Below, piece after piece: positions 32,033 to 40,784 of a DNA stretch of 64,000 nucleotides. The stretch's first letter is position 1. The number at the start of each line of letters is the position of its first letter. A model generated the notes under the pieces. That model saw only the letters and a list, made by a program, of their open reading frames with translations, did no database searches and had not been told where the DNA came from. The stretch is from an uncultured Gemmatimonadaceae bacterium. Lineage in GTDB: Bacteria > Gemmatimonadota > Gemmatimonadetes > Gemmatimonadales > Gemmatimonadaceae. The position numbers and the translations under genes are program-made. Location of the stretch: assembly GCA_963740355.1 (NCBI GenBank), contig CAVUDW010000002.1, positions 992,001 through 1,056,000 of the forward strand. Direction: 5' to 3'.

Positions 32033-33189
32033 CGCGAGCCACCGGTGGTGGCCGTGGGGCGCTTCACCGCCACCACGCCGGTGAGTGGTGTGGGCGTCAA
32101 CCATTCTGCCTGCGGCGTCGCGACCGGCAGTGGTGTGCCGCTCGGTGCGGGACGACGGATGCCCCACGGCTCATCGTGCGAGCGTGTGCCGCCGCGAGTG
32201 CGCAACGCGGCACCGAGTCCGGCCGTGACGGCCACCCAGGTGATCCCCAGTGCCAGTGTGCGAACCCAGGCCGCCGTGATCGGCCACGAGGCCACTGCTG
32301 CCGCGGCAAGCCATGGGATCGAGAGCAGCAGCATACCACTCACCAGCGCCTGCAGTCTGGCGCCGCGTTCGGAGAGGCCGGGGCGACGCGCGGCAGCACC
32401 ACGCCCCACCATCTGCACGGCACCGAGGCCACCGAGCACCAGCAACCCGAGCACTGCGATCACGTACGCCACGATCGCGAATGGAATCAGCAGGATACCG
32501 AGCAGTGTGAGCGCGAGCATGAGGCAGATCGTGAGCAGGATCGGCAGCATCGCGATCTGCGCGAGGAAGCCCACCAGCACGTTGCGGCTGAAGCCTGCGT
32601 TGAGCGCGGTCGTGACGCGCTGCATCGAGTCACCGGCGTTGATCAGCACGCCGATGGCGAGCAGGATCAGGATGCCGAACCAGGCCGCGGTCTGCTTCAA
32701 ACTGCTGACTGTGCTGCCGACGGCCGATACGGACACGTTGCTCGGCGTGGGCTGGATGGCGTCGAGCGTGCGCAATTCACCATCGATGCGCCCCGATGGC
32801 GCGATGGCCGCACCATGTTCGGCGGAGACCACGTCACCCGTCACGCGACCGGTCGAGTCGACCACAGCGGCGCCATTGATCGCGATCGCGCTGCCGAGCA
32901 CGGTGCCGGTTACGCGGAGCGTGCCGTCGAGCACCACGAGGTTGCCGCGGATCGTGTCGCGGGCGGCTACGGTGAAATCACCCGACCGATGGATGGCGTC
33001 GAGGGCGGCGCAGCCGACGATTGGATCGAGACTGGCGCGTCGGAGGAGCGCCAGGTTGTCGCTGCTGAGCCCGGTGGTATCGCGGGCGGTGCAGGGCGCA
33101 ACGCTGGCCTGCCCGCGGACGGCGACGGGCGTGTTGGCGAGTCCGGCCAACAGCAGGACGGCGACCGAGAAAGAGGGGAGGCGGCGCAC
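32029..33189 (-). CDS. Membrane protein with bactofilin-like beta-helix and multi-TM domain
   Basis: GNLVVLDGTLRVTGTVLGS / GRVTGDVV repeats followed by 5-6 TMs; GTG start. Confidence 0.7.
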   Translation of the reverse strand: MRRLPSFSVAVLLLAGLANTPVAVRGQASVAPCTARDTTGLSSDNLALLRRASLDPIVGCAALDAIHRSGDFTVAARDTIRGNLVVLDGTLRVTGTVLGSAIAINGAAVVDSTGRVTGDVVSAEHGAAIAPSGRIDGELRTLDAIQPTPSNVSVSAVGSTVSSLKQTAAWFGILILLAIGVLINAGDSMQRVTTALNAGFSRNVLVGFLAQIAMLPILLTICLMLALTLLGILLIPFAIVAYVIAVLGLLVLGGLGAVQMVGRGAAARRPGLSERGARLQALVSGMLLLSIPWLAAAAVASWPITAAWVRTLALGITWVAVTAGLGAALRTRGGTRSHDEPWGIRRPAPSGTPLPVATPQAEWLTPTPLTGVVAVKRPTATTGGSR

Positions 33190-33193
33190 GGCG

Positions 33194-33781
33194 CTAGGCC
33201 TCGAAACGGCGGGCCCGCGCAGCCACTGCGCGCAGACCCAGGAATCCAAGACCGGCACCGGCCATCAGCGTCGCTCCAGCCACCCCGAGGAGCGGCAGGC
33301 CGCTTCCGAAGGTGGTCCCGAGCGGGCCGACCAGTGCCTGGGCAGTCGCGGTCAGCGACTCGAAAAGCCCCTCGCGGGCCCTCTCGGTGACCAGGCCGCC
33401 CACGAAAACCGTGGCGTCCCGATGCGCCCAGCCCCACACTGCCGCGCCCGTGACCAGCGATGCTGCGCCGGTGAGGGCCGTTCCGGCTGCGATGCGCAGC
33501 ACGGGACTGGCGGGCATCCAGCCAGCGACGCTGGTCCGGATGGCCACGTGCCAGGGCTCGAAGACGTGCACCTCGAACATGACCCGATCGGCAAAGCCGA
33601 GATTCGGGGCAAGCTCAGGCAGCGTCTCGATGTCCAGAACGAACGCACGAAGGGCAGCCAGCTCATCGCGGCACTGTGCGCAGTCGCGCAGGTGTCCGGT
33701 AAGCTGCTGCACCCCGAATCCTGTCTCCCCATCGAGGAGCAGGTCGAGTTCGTCAGGCAGGAGGTGGCGTGTGAGTGTCAT
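33194..33781 (-). CDS. Zinc-binding anti-sigma factor (zf-HC2)
   Basis: HLLP..LDGE..HLRDCAQC; downstream TM segments; follows an ECF sigma gene. Confidence 0.88.
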   Translation of the reverse strand: MTLTRHLLPDELDLLLDGETGFGVQQLTGHLRDCAQCRDELAALRAFVLDIETLPELAPNLGFADRVMFEVHVFEPWHVAIRTSVAGWMPASPVLRIAAGTALTGAASLVTGAAVWGWAHRDATVFVGGLVTERAREGLFESLTATAQALVGPLGTTFGSGLPLLGVAGATLMAGAGLGFLGLRAVAARARRFEA

Positions 33782-33800
33782 ATGGATTCCCTGCAGCGTC

Positions 33801-33827
33801 TACGGGCGTGGTCTTCGGTTGGTTTCA
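33801..33827 (-). promoter_or_regulatory. ECF (SigW-like) promoter TGAAAC-N17-CGTA
   Basis: Close match to the B. subtilis SigW-type consensus (N17 rather than N16 spacer), 19 nt upstream of the anti-sigma ATG. Confidence 0.65.
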
Positions 33828-33878
33828 GCGAGGTTTGGGGCGGGGTCTGGCGGGGCGGGGACAGCCGACGTCTGGGCG

Positions 33879-34478
33879 TCATCTGGTGTCCTCCAGGGCC
33901 TCGCGCAGCTCGTGCCGGGCGCGGTGGATGTAGGTCTTGACGGTGCCCAGCGGCAGGTCGAGGAGCTGGGCGATCTCTTCGTAGGATCGACCGTCCACAT
34001 GGCGCAGGAGGATGCAGCTGCGGTAGAGAGGCCGAAGGCTGGCGATGGCCACCTCGATGGCCGCGCCCAGTTCCTTGTTCGCCAGCTCGTCGAGGGCGTT
34101 TTCACTCCGGTCGCCGATCTCGAAGCTGGTCGCCTCGATTTCGGCCTGCGTGGCGGCGCCCGAGGCCCCGTCGATGCTCACCGTGTTGAGCCGACGCCGA
34201 CGAAGCGAGTCGATCGCAAGGTTGTTGGCGATCTTGAACAGCCAACTCGAGAATTTGAACTCCGGGGAGTACTTCTCGATGTTGTTGAGGACCTTGATGA
34301 AGGTCTCCTGCGCGAGGTCTTCGGCGGCCTCGCGGTCGCGCACCATGCGGTAGACCAGCGAAAAAACCGGGCGCTCGTAGCGACGGATCAGCTCCCGGTA
34401 CGCCTCGTCGCGGCCTTCCTGCGCCAGGGCGACGAGATCTGCGTCAGGGAGGTTGGAAGCGTCGAGGAGCCGGGGCAT
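33879..34478 (-). CDS. ECF sigma-70 factor (SigW/RpoE-like)
   Basis: AEDLAQETFIK, FSSWLFKIANN, SYEEIA..LPLGTVKTYIHRAR. Confidence 0.95.
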   Translation of the reverse strand: MPRLLDASNLPDADLVALAQEGRDEAYRELIRRYERPVFSLVYRMVRDREAAEDLAQETFIKVLNNIEKYSPEFKFSSWLFKIANNLAIDSLRRRRLNTVSIDGASGAATQAEIEATSFEIGDRSENALDELANKELGAAIEVAIASLRPLYRSCILLRHVDGRSYEEIAQLLDLPLGTVKTYIHRARHELREALEDTR

Positions 34479-34626
34479 GCGTCAGGGAGGCACCCTCGGG
34501 CGGCAGCCGAAGTGCGGCGCCCGCGGTGCAGCCGGCGAAGATAGCGCCCTGTGATCGAAGATCGTATGGCATTTGCTGCCAACTGCCTTGTGGCACCGGC
34601 CGGTGGTCCGCGACCTTTGTCGTCTG

Positions 34627-35376
34627 ATGCCCAGCACCCTTGACGCCGACCTGCGGCGCGCCGATGCCGCCGCCGCCGGCGGCGAAGAAAAGCGCGCGTA
34701 CGTCCAGCAGATCTTTTCCGAGATCGCCCCACGCTACGACCTCCTCAACCACGTCCTGTCGATGAACATCGACAAGGGCTGGCGGCGGCGTGCCTTGGAG
34801 GCGCTGGGGTGGAGGAGTACGCCAATCGGGCGCTACCTCGATCTGTGTGCCGGGACACTCGATGTCGGGGCGCAGCTGGTGCGCGAAGCCGGCTTCGATG
34901 GCTACGTGATGGCCGCCGATTTTGCCGAGCCGATGCTGCGGATGGGTGAGGGCAAGGCGCCCCGCTCATCGCTGGGGCCGGTTGCCGCCGATGCGTTGCA
35001 GTTGCCGGTGGCGGACGCCGTCTTCGACGGAGCCATCGTCGCCTTCGGCATTCGCAACGTGGCCTCGCTCGATGCCGGACTCCGTGAAGTGCGTCGCACA
35101 CTGCGCCCAGGTGCACGGTTCGTGATCCTCGAGTTCTCCACGCCGCGCAACGCGCTGGTGCGGGCCGGCTACCAGTTCTATTTCCACTCCGTGCTGCCGA
35201 CCATCGGGCGTCTCGTGAGCGGGCACAAGACGGCCTACACTTATTTGCCGAAAAGCGTCGCACACTTCCCGGTCGAGGAAGAGCTGGCCGCTCGACTCAT
35301 TGCCGCTGGCTTTCGCGATGTGACCTGGACTCCGTTGTCGCTCGGGATCGCGGCGATCCACGTCGGCGTGGCCTGA
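34627..35376 (+). CDS. menG: Demethylmenaquinone methyltransferase (UbiE/MenG)
   Basis: IAPRYDLLNHVLS, LDLCAGT, AFGIRNV, ILEFS. Confidence 0.9.
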   Translation: MPSTLDADLRRADAAAAGGEEKRAYVQQIFSEIAPRYDLLNHVLSMNIDKGWRRRALEALGWRSTPIGRYLDLCAGTLDVGAQLVREAGFDGYVMAADFAEPMLRMGEGKAPRSSLGPVAADALQLPVADAVFDGAIVAFGIRNVASLDAGLREVRRTLRPGARFVILEFSTPRNALVRAGYQFYFHSVLPTIGRLVSGHKTAYTYLPKSVAHFPVEEELAARLIAAGFRDVTWTPLSLGIAAIHVGVA

Positions 35377-35472
35377 TGCCCGCATCGGACGCCTCGGTAC
35401 ACCCCTGCACTGTGCGCCGCGTCGATCGCGCGCCGTTGCATCACACGACCTCTGTATCCACTGATCCCTGAC

Positions 35473-36963
35473 GTGTCGCTCGATTCCCTGCAGGATTTCA
35501 TCACCGCCATCGATGCGATGGGCGAGCTGGTGCGCGTCTCGCACCCGGTGCGCGCCAAGCTCGAACTGTGCGAGATCACTGACCGGGCCAGCAAGTTGCC
35601 CGGCGGCGGTCCAGCGTTGCTGTTCGAACATGTGATCCTCGACAACGGCGAGCGGTCGGCATACCCGGTCGCGATCAACCTCTTCGGCTCGATGAAGCGC
35701 ATGGCGCTGGCGCTCGGCGTGACGGAGCTGGACGAACATGGCGCGCGCATCACGGAACTGATGAACCTGAAGGTGCCTGACGGATTCATCGCCAAGCTCG
35801 GACTGCTGCCACGACTGCTCGAGGTTTCGAAGTTTCCTCCGCGCGTGAAAAGTGGATCCCCCGCTTGCCAGGAAGTGGTGTGGCGTGGCGACGAGATCGA
35901 TCTCGACAAGATTCCCGTCATCACCTGCTGGCCGGAGGATGGCGGACCGTACATCACCCTCACGGCGGTGGTGAGCAAGGATCCGTCACGCGGCATTCGC
36001 AACGTCGGCATGTATCGGGTGCAAAAGCTCGACAAGCGCACGGTCGCGATGCACTGGCAGCGGCACAAGACCGGCGCCGAACACTTTCGCGAAATGGCGG
36101 AGCGTGGCGAGACGATGCCGGTCTGCATCGTGGTTGGTGCTGATCCTGCCAGTGTCTACAGCGCCAGTGCGCCGCTGCCACCGGCCGTCGACGAATTCAT
36201 CTTCGCCGGATTCCTGCGCCGCGATCCGGTGCACCTCACCAAGGCGGTGAGCTGCGACCTCGAAGTGCCGGCCGCCGCCGAGCTGGTGATTGAGGGCTAC
36301 ATCGATCCGCGTGAAGCGATGGTGGTGGAAGGGCCGTTCGGTGACCACACTGGCTTCTACTCCGAAGCCGACCTCTATCCGAAGGTGCACGTCACGGCGG
36401 TCACGATGCGGAAGCAGATGGTGTATGCGACGACGATCGTCGGGCGTCCGCCGATGGAAGACTTCTATCTCGGTCACGCCACCGAGCGGATCTTCCTGCC
36501 GCTGCTCAAGCTCACCACGCCAGAAATCGTCGACTACCACATGCCGGCCGAGGGCGGGTTTCACAACCTCGTGTTCGTGAGCATCGACAAGAAATATCCG
36601 GGGCACGCCTACAAGGTGATGAATGCCTTGTGGGGAGCGGGACTGATGTCGCTGGCGAAGGTGCTGGTGGTGGTGGACAAGGAGATCGACGTGCGGAACG
36701 TGTCGGAGACGTGGTGGGCCACGCTCAACAACATCGATCCCGAGCGCGACGTCCGGTTCACCATGGGACCGGTGGATGTGCTCGACCACTCCAGTCGCGC
36801 CTTCAGCTACGGCAGCAAGATGGGCATCGATGCCACGCGAAAGCTTCCGGAAGAGGGATTCACTCGGCAGTGGCCGCGGGTGATCGAGATGGACGCCTCG
36901 ACGCGAAGCCGTGTCGACGGTTTCTTCTCGTCGCTGGGCATCACCGAGGCGTGGAAGAAATGA
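35473..36963 (+). CDS. UbiD-family decarboxylase (menaquinone biosynthesis, MqnL-like)
   Basis: NVGMYR, EGPFGDHTGFY, GSKMGIDAT. Confidence 0.92.
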   Translation: MSLDSLQDFITAIDAMGELVRVSHPVRAKLELCEITDRASKLPGGGPALLFEHVILDNGERSAYPVAINLFGSMKRMALALGVTELDEHGARITELMNLKVPDGFIAKLGLLPRLLEVSKFPPRVKSGSPACQEVVWRGDEIDLDKIPVITCWPEDGGPYITLTAVVSKDPSRGIRNVGMYRVQKLDKRTVAMHWQRHKTGAEHFREMAERGETMPVCIVVGADPASVYSASAPLPPAVDEFIFAGFLRRDPVHLTKAVSCDLEVPAAAELVIEGYIDPREAMVVEGPFGDHTGFYSEADLYPKVHVTAVTMRKQMVYATTIVGRPPMEDFYLGHATERIFLPLLKLTTPEIVDYHMPAEGGFHNLVFVSIDKKYPGHAYKVMNALWGAGLMSLAKVLVVVDKEIDVRNVSETWWATLNNIDPERDVRFTMGPVDVLDHSSRAFSYGSKMGIDATRKLPEEGFTRQWPRVIEMDASTRSRVDGFFSSLGITEAWKK

Positions 36964-37898
36964 CCGTGCCAGGACGCGAGGGACAGACGTTCGCCGGCCC
37001 GTCGGCGATTGCGCGCTGGGCGAGTTTCGTCAAGCTGCCGCATACGGTGTTCGCGCTGCCGTTCGCACTGACCGGCGTGGTGTTGGCGAGCCGCGACGTG
37101 ATGCCGACGGTGGGACAGGTCGGGTGGGTGGTGTTGGCCTTCACGGCCGCACGCTTTGCGGCGATGGCCTTCAACCGCATCGTCGATCGCGATGTGGACG
37201 CGATCAATCCTCGCACCCGCATGCGCGAGATCCCGAGCGGGGCGCTGCAACTCGGTCAGGCCAAGGTGAGTGTGGCGTTGGCCGCGGTGCTGTTCGTGTT
37301 TGCGAGCTGGATGCTGAATCCGCTCTGCGGCATGTTGTCGCCGGTCGCACTTGGCTGGGTGCTGTTCTACAGCTACTGCAAGCGATTCACGCGCTGGAGC
37401 CACCTCGTGCTGGGACTCGGCCTCGGTATCGCACCCGTCGGCGGCTACCTCGCCGTCACTGGCGTGTGGAGCGACCCGGCGTGGATGCTGCCGGTGCTGG
37501 CGCTGGCGGTGATGACCTGGTCGGGCGGCTTCGACATTCTCTACGCATTGCAGGACGTGGCCTTCGATCGCGCCAACAAGCTGTTCTCGCTGCCAGCGGC
37601 GCTCGGTGCGCCACGCGCGCTGAACGTGGCGCGTGCGCTGCACGTCGGCACGGTGCTGCTGCTGGCGCTGGTTGGGTGGGCGACCGGTGGCGGACCGCTC
37701 TACGCATTGGGCGTCGCGGTGGTGGCGATCCTGCTGGCGTACGAACATTCGTTGGTGAAGCCCGACGATCTGTCGAAGTTGGATGCGGCCTTCTTCACGA
37801 TGAACGGCATCATCAGCATCTCGTTCTTCACCTGTGTCCTGCTGGAGCGGCTTCTGCACCTGCCATCGCTGGCCGTGCTGCTGGCGCGCACGACATGA
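36960..37898 (+). CDS. UbiA-like polyprenyltransferase (MqnP-like)
   Basis: HTVFALPF, NRIVDRDVDAINPRT, FDILYALQD. Confidence 0.92.
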   Translation: MTVPGREGQTFAGPSAIARWASFVKLPHTVFALPFALTGVVLASRDVMPTVGQVGWVVLAFTAARFAAMAFNRIVDRDVDAINPRTRMREIPSGALQLGQAKVSVALAAVLFVFASWMLNPLCGMLSPVALGWVLFYSYCKRFTRWSHLVLGLGLGIAPVGGYLAVTGVWSDPAWMLPVLALAVMTWSGGFDILYALQDVAFDRANKLFSLPAALGAPRALNVARALHVGTVLLLALVGWATGGGPLYALGVAVVAILLAYEHSLVKPDDLSKLDAAFFTMNGIISISFFTCVLLERLLHLPSLAVLLARTT

Positions 37899-38497
37899 CG
37901 CCGCCGCTGCCGATCGTGATGGCGATCACCGGTGCCTCGGGTGCACCGTACGCCGTGCGCCTCCTGCACGCGATGGCCAGCGCGCGCCAGCCGGTGTGGC
38001 TGATCGTATCGTCGCACGGATGGCGCCTGCTGCAGACGGAATCGGCCATCCACGACCTGCATGGATTGCGGGAGCATGTTGGCGAGGATGCCTGGGATGC
38101 CAGTGTGACGGTGTTCGACGACAACGATCGCGGCGCCACACCCGCCAGCGGATCGGCGAAGGTGCAGGGGATGGTGATCGTGCCCTGCAGCATGGGCACG
38201 ATTGCATCGATCGCTGCGGGCACGAGTCGATCGCTGGTGGAACGGGCGGCCGATGTCTCCCTCAAGGAGCGGCGTCGCCTGGTTGTCGTGCCGCGCGAGA
38301 CGCCGCTGTCGCGCATCCACCTCGAGAACATGCTGCGGCTGACGGACGCGGGTGCGGTCGTCCTTCCCGCAGCCCCCGGCTTCTACCATCAGCCGGAGCG
38401 TATCGACCAGTTGGTGGACTTCGTGGTGCAGCGCATTCTCGATCAGCTGCACCTCGACATCGACATCGCGCCGCGATGGGGCGACGACGCGGCGTGA
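37895..38497 (+). CDS. ubiX: Flavin prenyltransferase
   Basis: ITGASG, PCSMGT, LKERR, PRETP, PGFY. Confidence 0.95.
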   Translation: MTPPLPIVMAITGASGAPYAVRLLHAMASARQPVWLIVSSHGWRLLQTESAIHDLHGLREHVGEDAWDASVTVFDDNDRGATPASGSAKVQGMVIVPCSMGTIASIAAGTSRSLVERAADVSLKERRRLVVVPRETPLSRIHLENMLRLTDAGAVVLPAAPGFYHQPERIDQLVDFVVQRILDQLHLDIDIAPRWGDDAA

Positions 38498-38973
38498 GTG
38501 CCACGCGACAGGTCATCGGGCTGGTCTCCGACACACACGGTATGGTGCGCGCGAGCCTCTTCGATGCGCTGGCCGGTGTGGACGAAATCCTGCACGCGGG
38601 CGATGTCGGGCCGGATGATGTGCTGCACGAGCTGGAAGCGATCGCACCGGTGCGGGCCGTGTTCGGCAACACCGATCGGCCGGGCAATCCGCGACTGACC
38701 CAGGAGCTGATCGTGACGATCGGCGGCGTGAGCATTCATGTCAGCCACGGCCACGAACTCGGCAGCCCGACACCGGCCAAGCTGCTCGCTGCCTACCCGC
38801 AGCAGGTGCTCGTGTACGGGCATACGCATCGACAACTGATCACGGAAGTTGATGGCCGGCTGGTGATCAACCCCGGCGCCGCCGGCGCCCGTCGCTTCGA
38901 TCTCCTGCCCACCGTTGCACGGCTCGTGATCGAAAACGGCCACGCGTCGGTATCGCTCGTTTCGCTCGACTGA
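38494..38973 (+). CDS. YfcE/MJ0936 family metallophosphoesterase
   Basis: SDTH, HAGD, GNTD, HGH, GHTH, NPG. Confidence 0.92.
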   Translation: MSATRQVIGLVSDTHGMVRASLFDALAGVDEILHAGDVGPDDVLHELEAIAPVRAVFGNTDRPGNPRLTQELIVTIGGVSIHVSHGHELGSPTPAKLLAAYPQQVLVYGHTHRQLITEVDGRLVINPGAAGARRFDLLPTVARLVIENGHASVSLVSLD

Positions 38974-38980
38974 CTCGCTC

Positions 38981-39274
38981 AAACTGCGAACTGCCACAGC
39001 GAATCGCAGAGTCGCAGAGGGACGCAGAGAACAGCAACTGCTGAACGGCCTTAACGCAAAAGAGATGAACTGCGATACTGCAACAGCCGCCGAACTGAAC
39101 GGCCGCAGAACTGCGCGCGCTGGATCGGATGGTCGGTGAACGCGGCGGCCTGATTTTTCATGGGAACAACTCGCCCACCGTCCTTCCGCTTCCGAGGCAC
39201 TTTACCAAAGCACTTCAGTTGCTGTTCCTCCGCGTCTTGGCGTCTCCGCGATTCGCTGTGGCCGTTTTGCGGTC
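38981..39274. repeat. Non-coding element with ~48-bp imperfect inverted repeats and AACTGC/AACGGC/AACAGC micro-repeats (MITE/REP-like)
   Basis: 38993-39040 is the near reverse complement of 39216-39262. Confidence 0.8.
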
Positions 39275-39376
39275 GTATGTAGTTTTGCGGTTGTGCAGTA
39301 TCCCTGAGCAGTTTTGCGTCAAAGCTGTTGCTGTTGATCGTGCCCGTGCTCGTCCCGTTGCCGTCGTTCGGTCTAG

Positions 39377-40738
39377 TCAACCAGGACTGAGCCGACGCGT
39401 GAATTCACGGCGCAGGAGCCAGACGCTGAGGATCATCTGCAAGGTGACGGTGATCACGCCGAGCCACCAGACTTGCTGCATCGTGAAGTTCGGCTGGCGT
39501 GACAGCCAGAGCGCGGGGAGGGCGAACGTCGCGAGGCGGATGCCGCCGCTGACGAGTGATGGCATCGTGTTGCCGAGCGCCTGAAACATGCCTGAACAGG
39601 TGAAGATCAGGCCCTGCGAGATGAAGTTCCAGGCGACGATGTGCAGGAAGGCGGCGCCGACCGCGATCACCGCTGGCTCCTTGGTGAAGAGTGCCAGCAT
39701 TGCGTCGGACTGTGTTTGCGCGACGATGGTGGCGACGAGCATCACGGCACTGCCGATCAATGCGGCCATCTTGAACGTCTCGCGCACCCGATCACCCTTG
39801 CCTGCGCCGACGTTCTGCCCGGCCACTGGTGAGGCCGCGAATGCCACGGCCATCGCCGGCAGGAAGATCGACTGCATCACGCGGGCGCCGAGTCCGTACC
39901 CCGCTTGTGCCGCTGCACCAAATGGGCGGATCATGAAGTACATCAACCCCGTCAACACGAACAGCAGCAGGAATTCGGCACCAGATGGCAGGCCGATCTT
40001 GAGCAGGCGCATGATCGGCTCGCGTTTCGGCGCCATCAACGAGACGTCGAGGCGCGCGTAGCGATCGCCGGAGAGGAAATACACCCACCCGGCAATCACG
40101 CCGGCCGTGATGCTGATCGCGGAAGCGAGTCCCGCACCGAGTGTGCCAAGCGGATGTCCCGTGCCCCATCCGGCGATCAGCACCGGTGCGAGGATCGCGT
40201 TCAGCAATACTGTGCCGATCTGGATCAGCATGCCGGGTTTTGCGACACCAGTGCCACGCAGTGCCGATCCGAGTGTGATCAATGCGAACTGCATCGCCAG
40301 CGCGGGAATGAACGCGTACAGGTAGCCGCGACCTGCGTCCACGGTCGCTGTGTCGGCGGCCATCAGTCGCAGGTAGCTGTTCATCACCGCGAAGCCGATC
40401 ACCAGTGTGGCGACGAAGCCGATGCCCGACAGGAAGAGGCTCTGGTTCAGCACCAGCGTCGCATCCTCACGATCACGCCGTCCGCTGGCCTGTGCGATCA
40501 ATGCCACCGTACCGACTCCCAGCACCTGCGTCACCGCCATCACGACGTACTGCAGCGTCCCCGCAGCGCTGACACCCGCCAGCGCCGCGTCACCCAGCCC
40601 GGCCACGAAGTACAGGTCGATCAGCAGGTAGGCCGTCTGGAACAGCATGCCGAACGCCATCGGCAGTGCCATGCGAACGATGTGGCGCGCAATCGGGCCT
40701 TCGGTCAGGTCATTCATGGCGGGCAAGTTGGCAGTCAC
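39377..40738 (-). CDS. MATE family efflux transporter
   Basis: DLTEGPI, D.YFV, GAGLAS, GQNVGAG; about 12 TM. Confidence 0.92.
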   Translation of the reverse strand: MTANLPAMNDLTEGPIARHIVRMALPMAFGMLFQTAYLLIDLYFVAGLGDAALAGVSAAGTLQYVVMAVTQVLGVGTVALIAQASGRRDREDATLVLNQSLFLSGIGFVATLVIGFAVMNSYLRLMAADTATVDAGRGYLYAFIPALAMQFALITLGSALRGTGVAKPGMLIQIGTVLLNAILAPVLIAGWGTGHPLGTLGAGLASAISITAGVIAGWVYFLSGDRYARLDVSLMAPKREPIMRLLKIGLPSGAEFLLLFVLTGLMYFMIRPFGAAAQAGYGLGARVMQSIFLPAMAVAFAASPVAGQNVGAGKGDRVRETFKMAALIGSAVMLVATIVAQTQSDAMLALFTKEPAVIAVGAAFLHIVAWNFISQGLIFTCSGMFQALGNTMPSLVSGGIRLATFALPALWLSRQPNFTMQQVWWLGVITVTLQMILSVWLLRREFTRRLSPG

Positions 40739-40784
40739 GACTGCGCCGGCAAGGGGACCGGATGAATCGCCTATTGAGAAACGC

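Noticed and set aside
32045..33940. 631-aa plus-strand ORF
   Set aside because: Antisense to the anti-sigma and membrane-protein genes; a typical high-GC stop-poor shadow with no motifs
39051..39584. ORFs inside the inverted-repeat element
   Set aside because: Low-complexity translations of micro-repeats with atypical codon use and no recognisable motif
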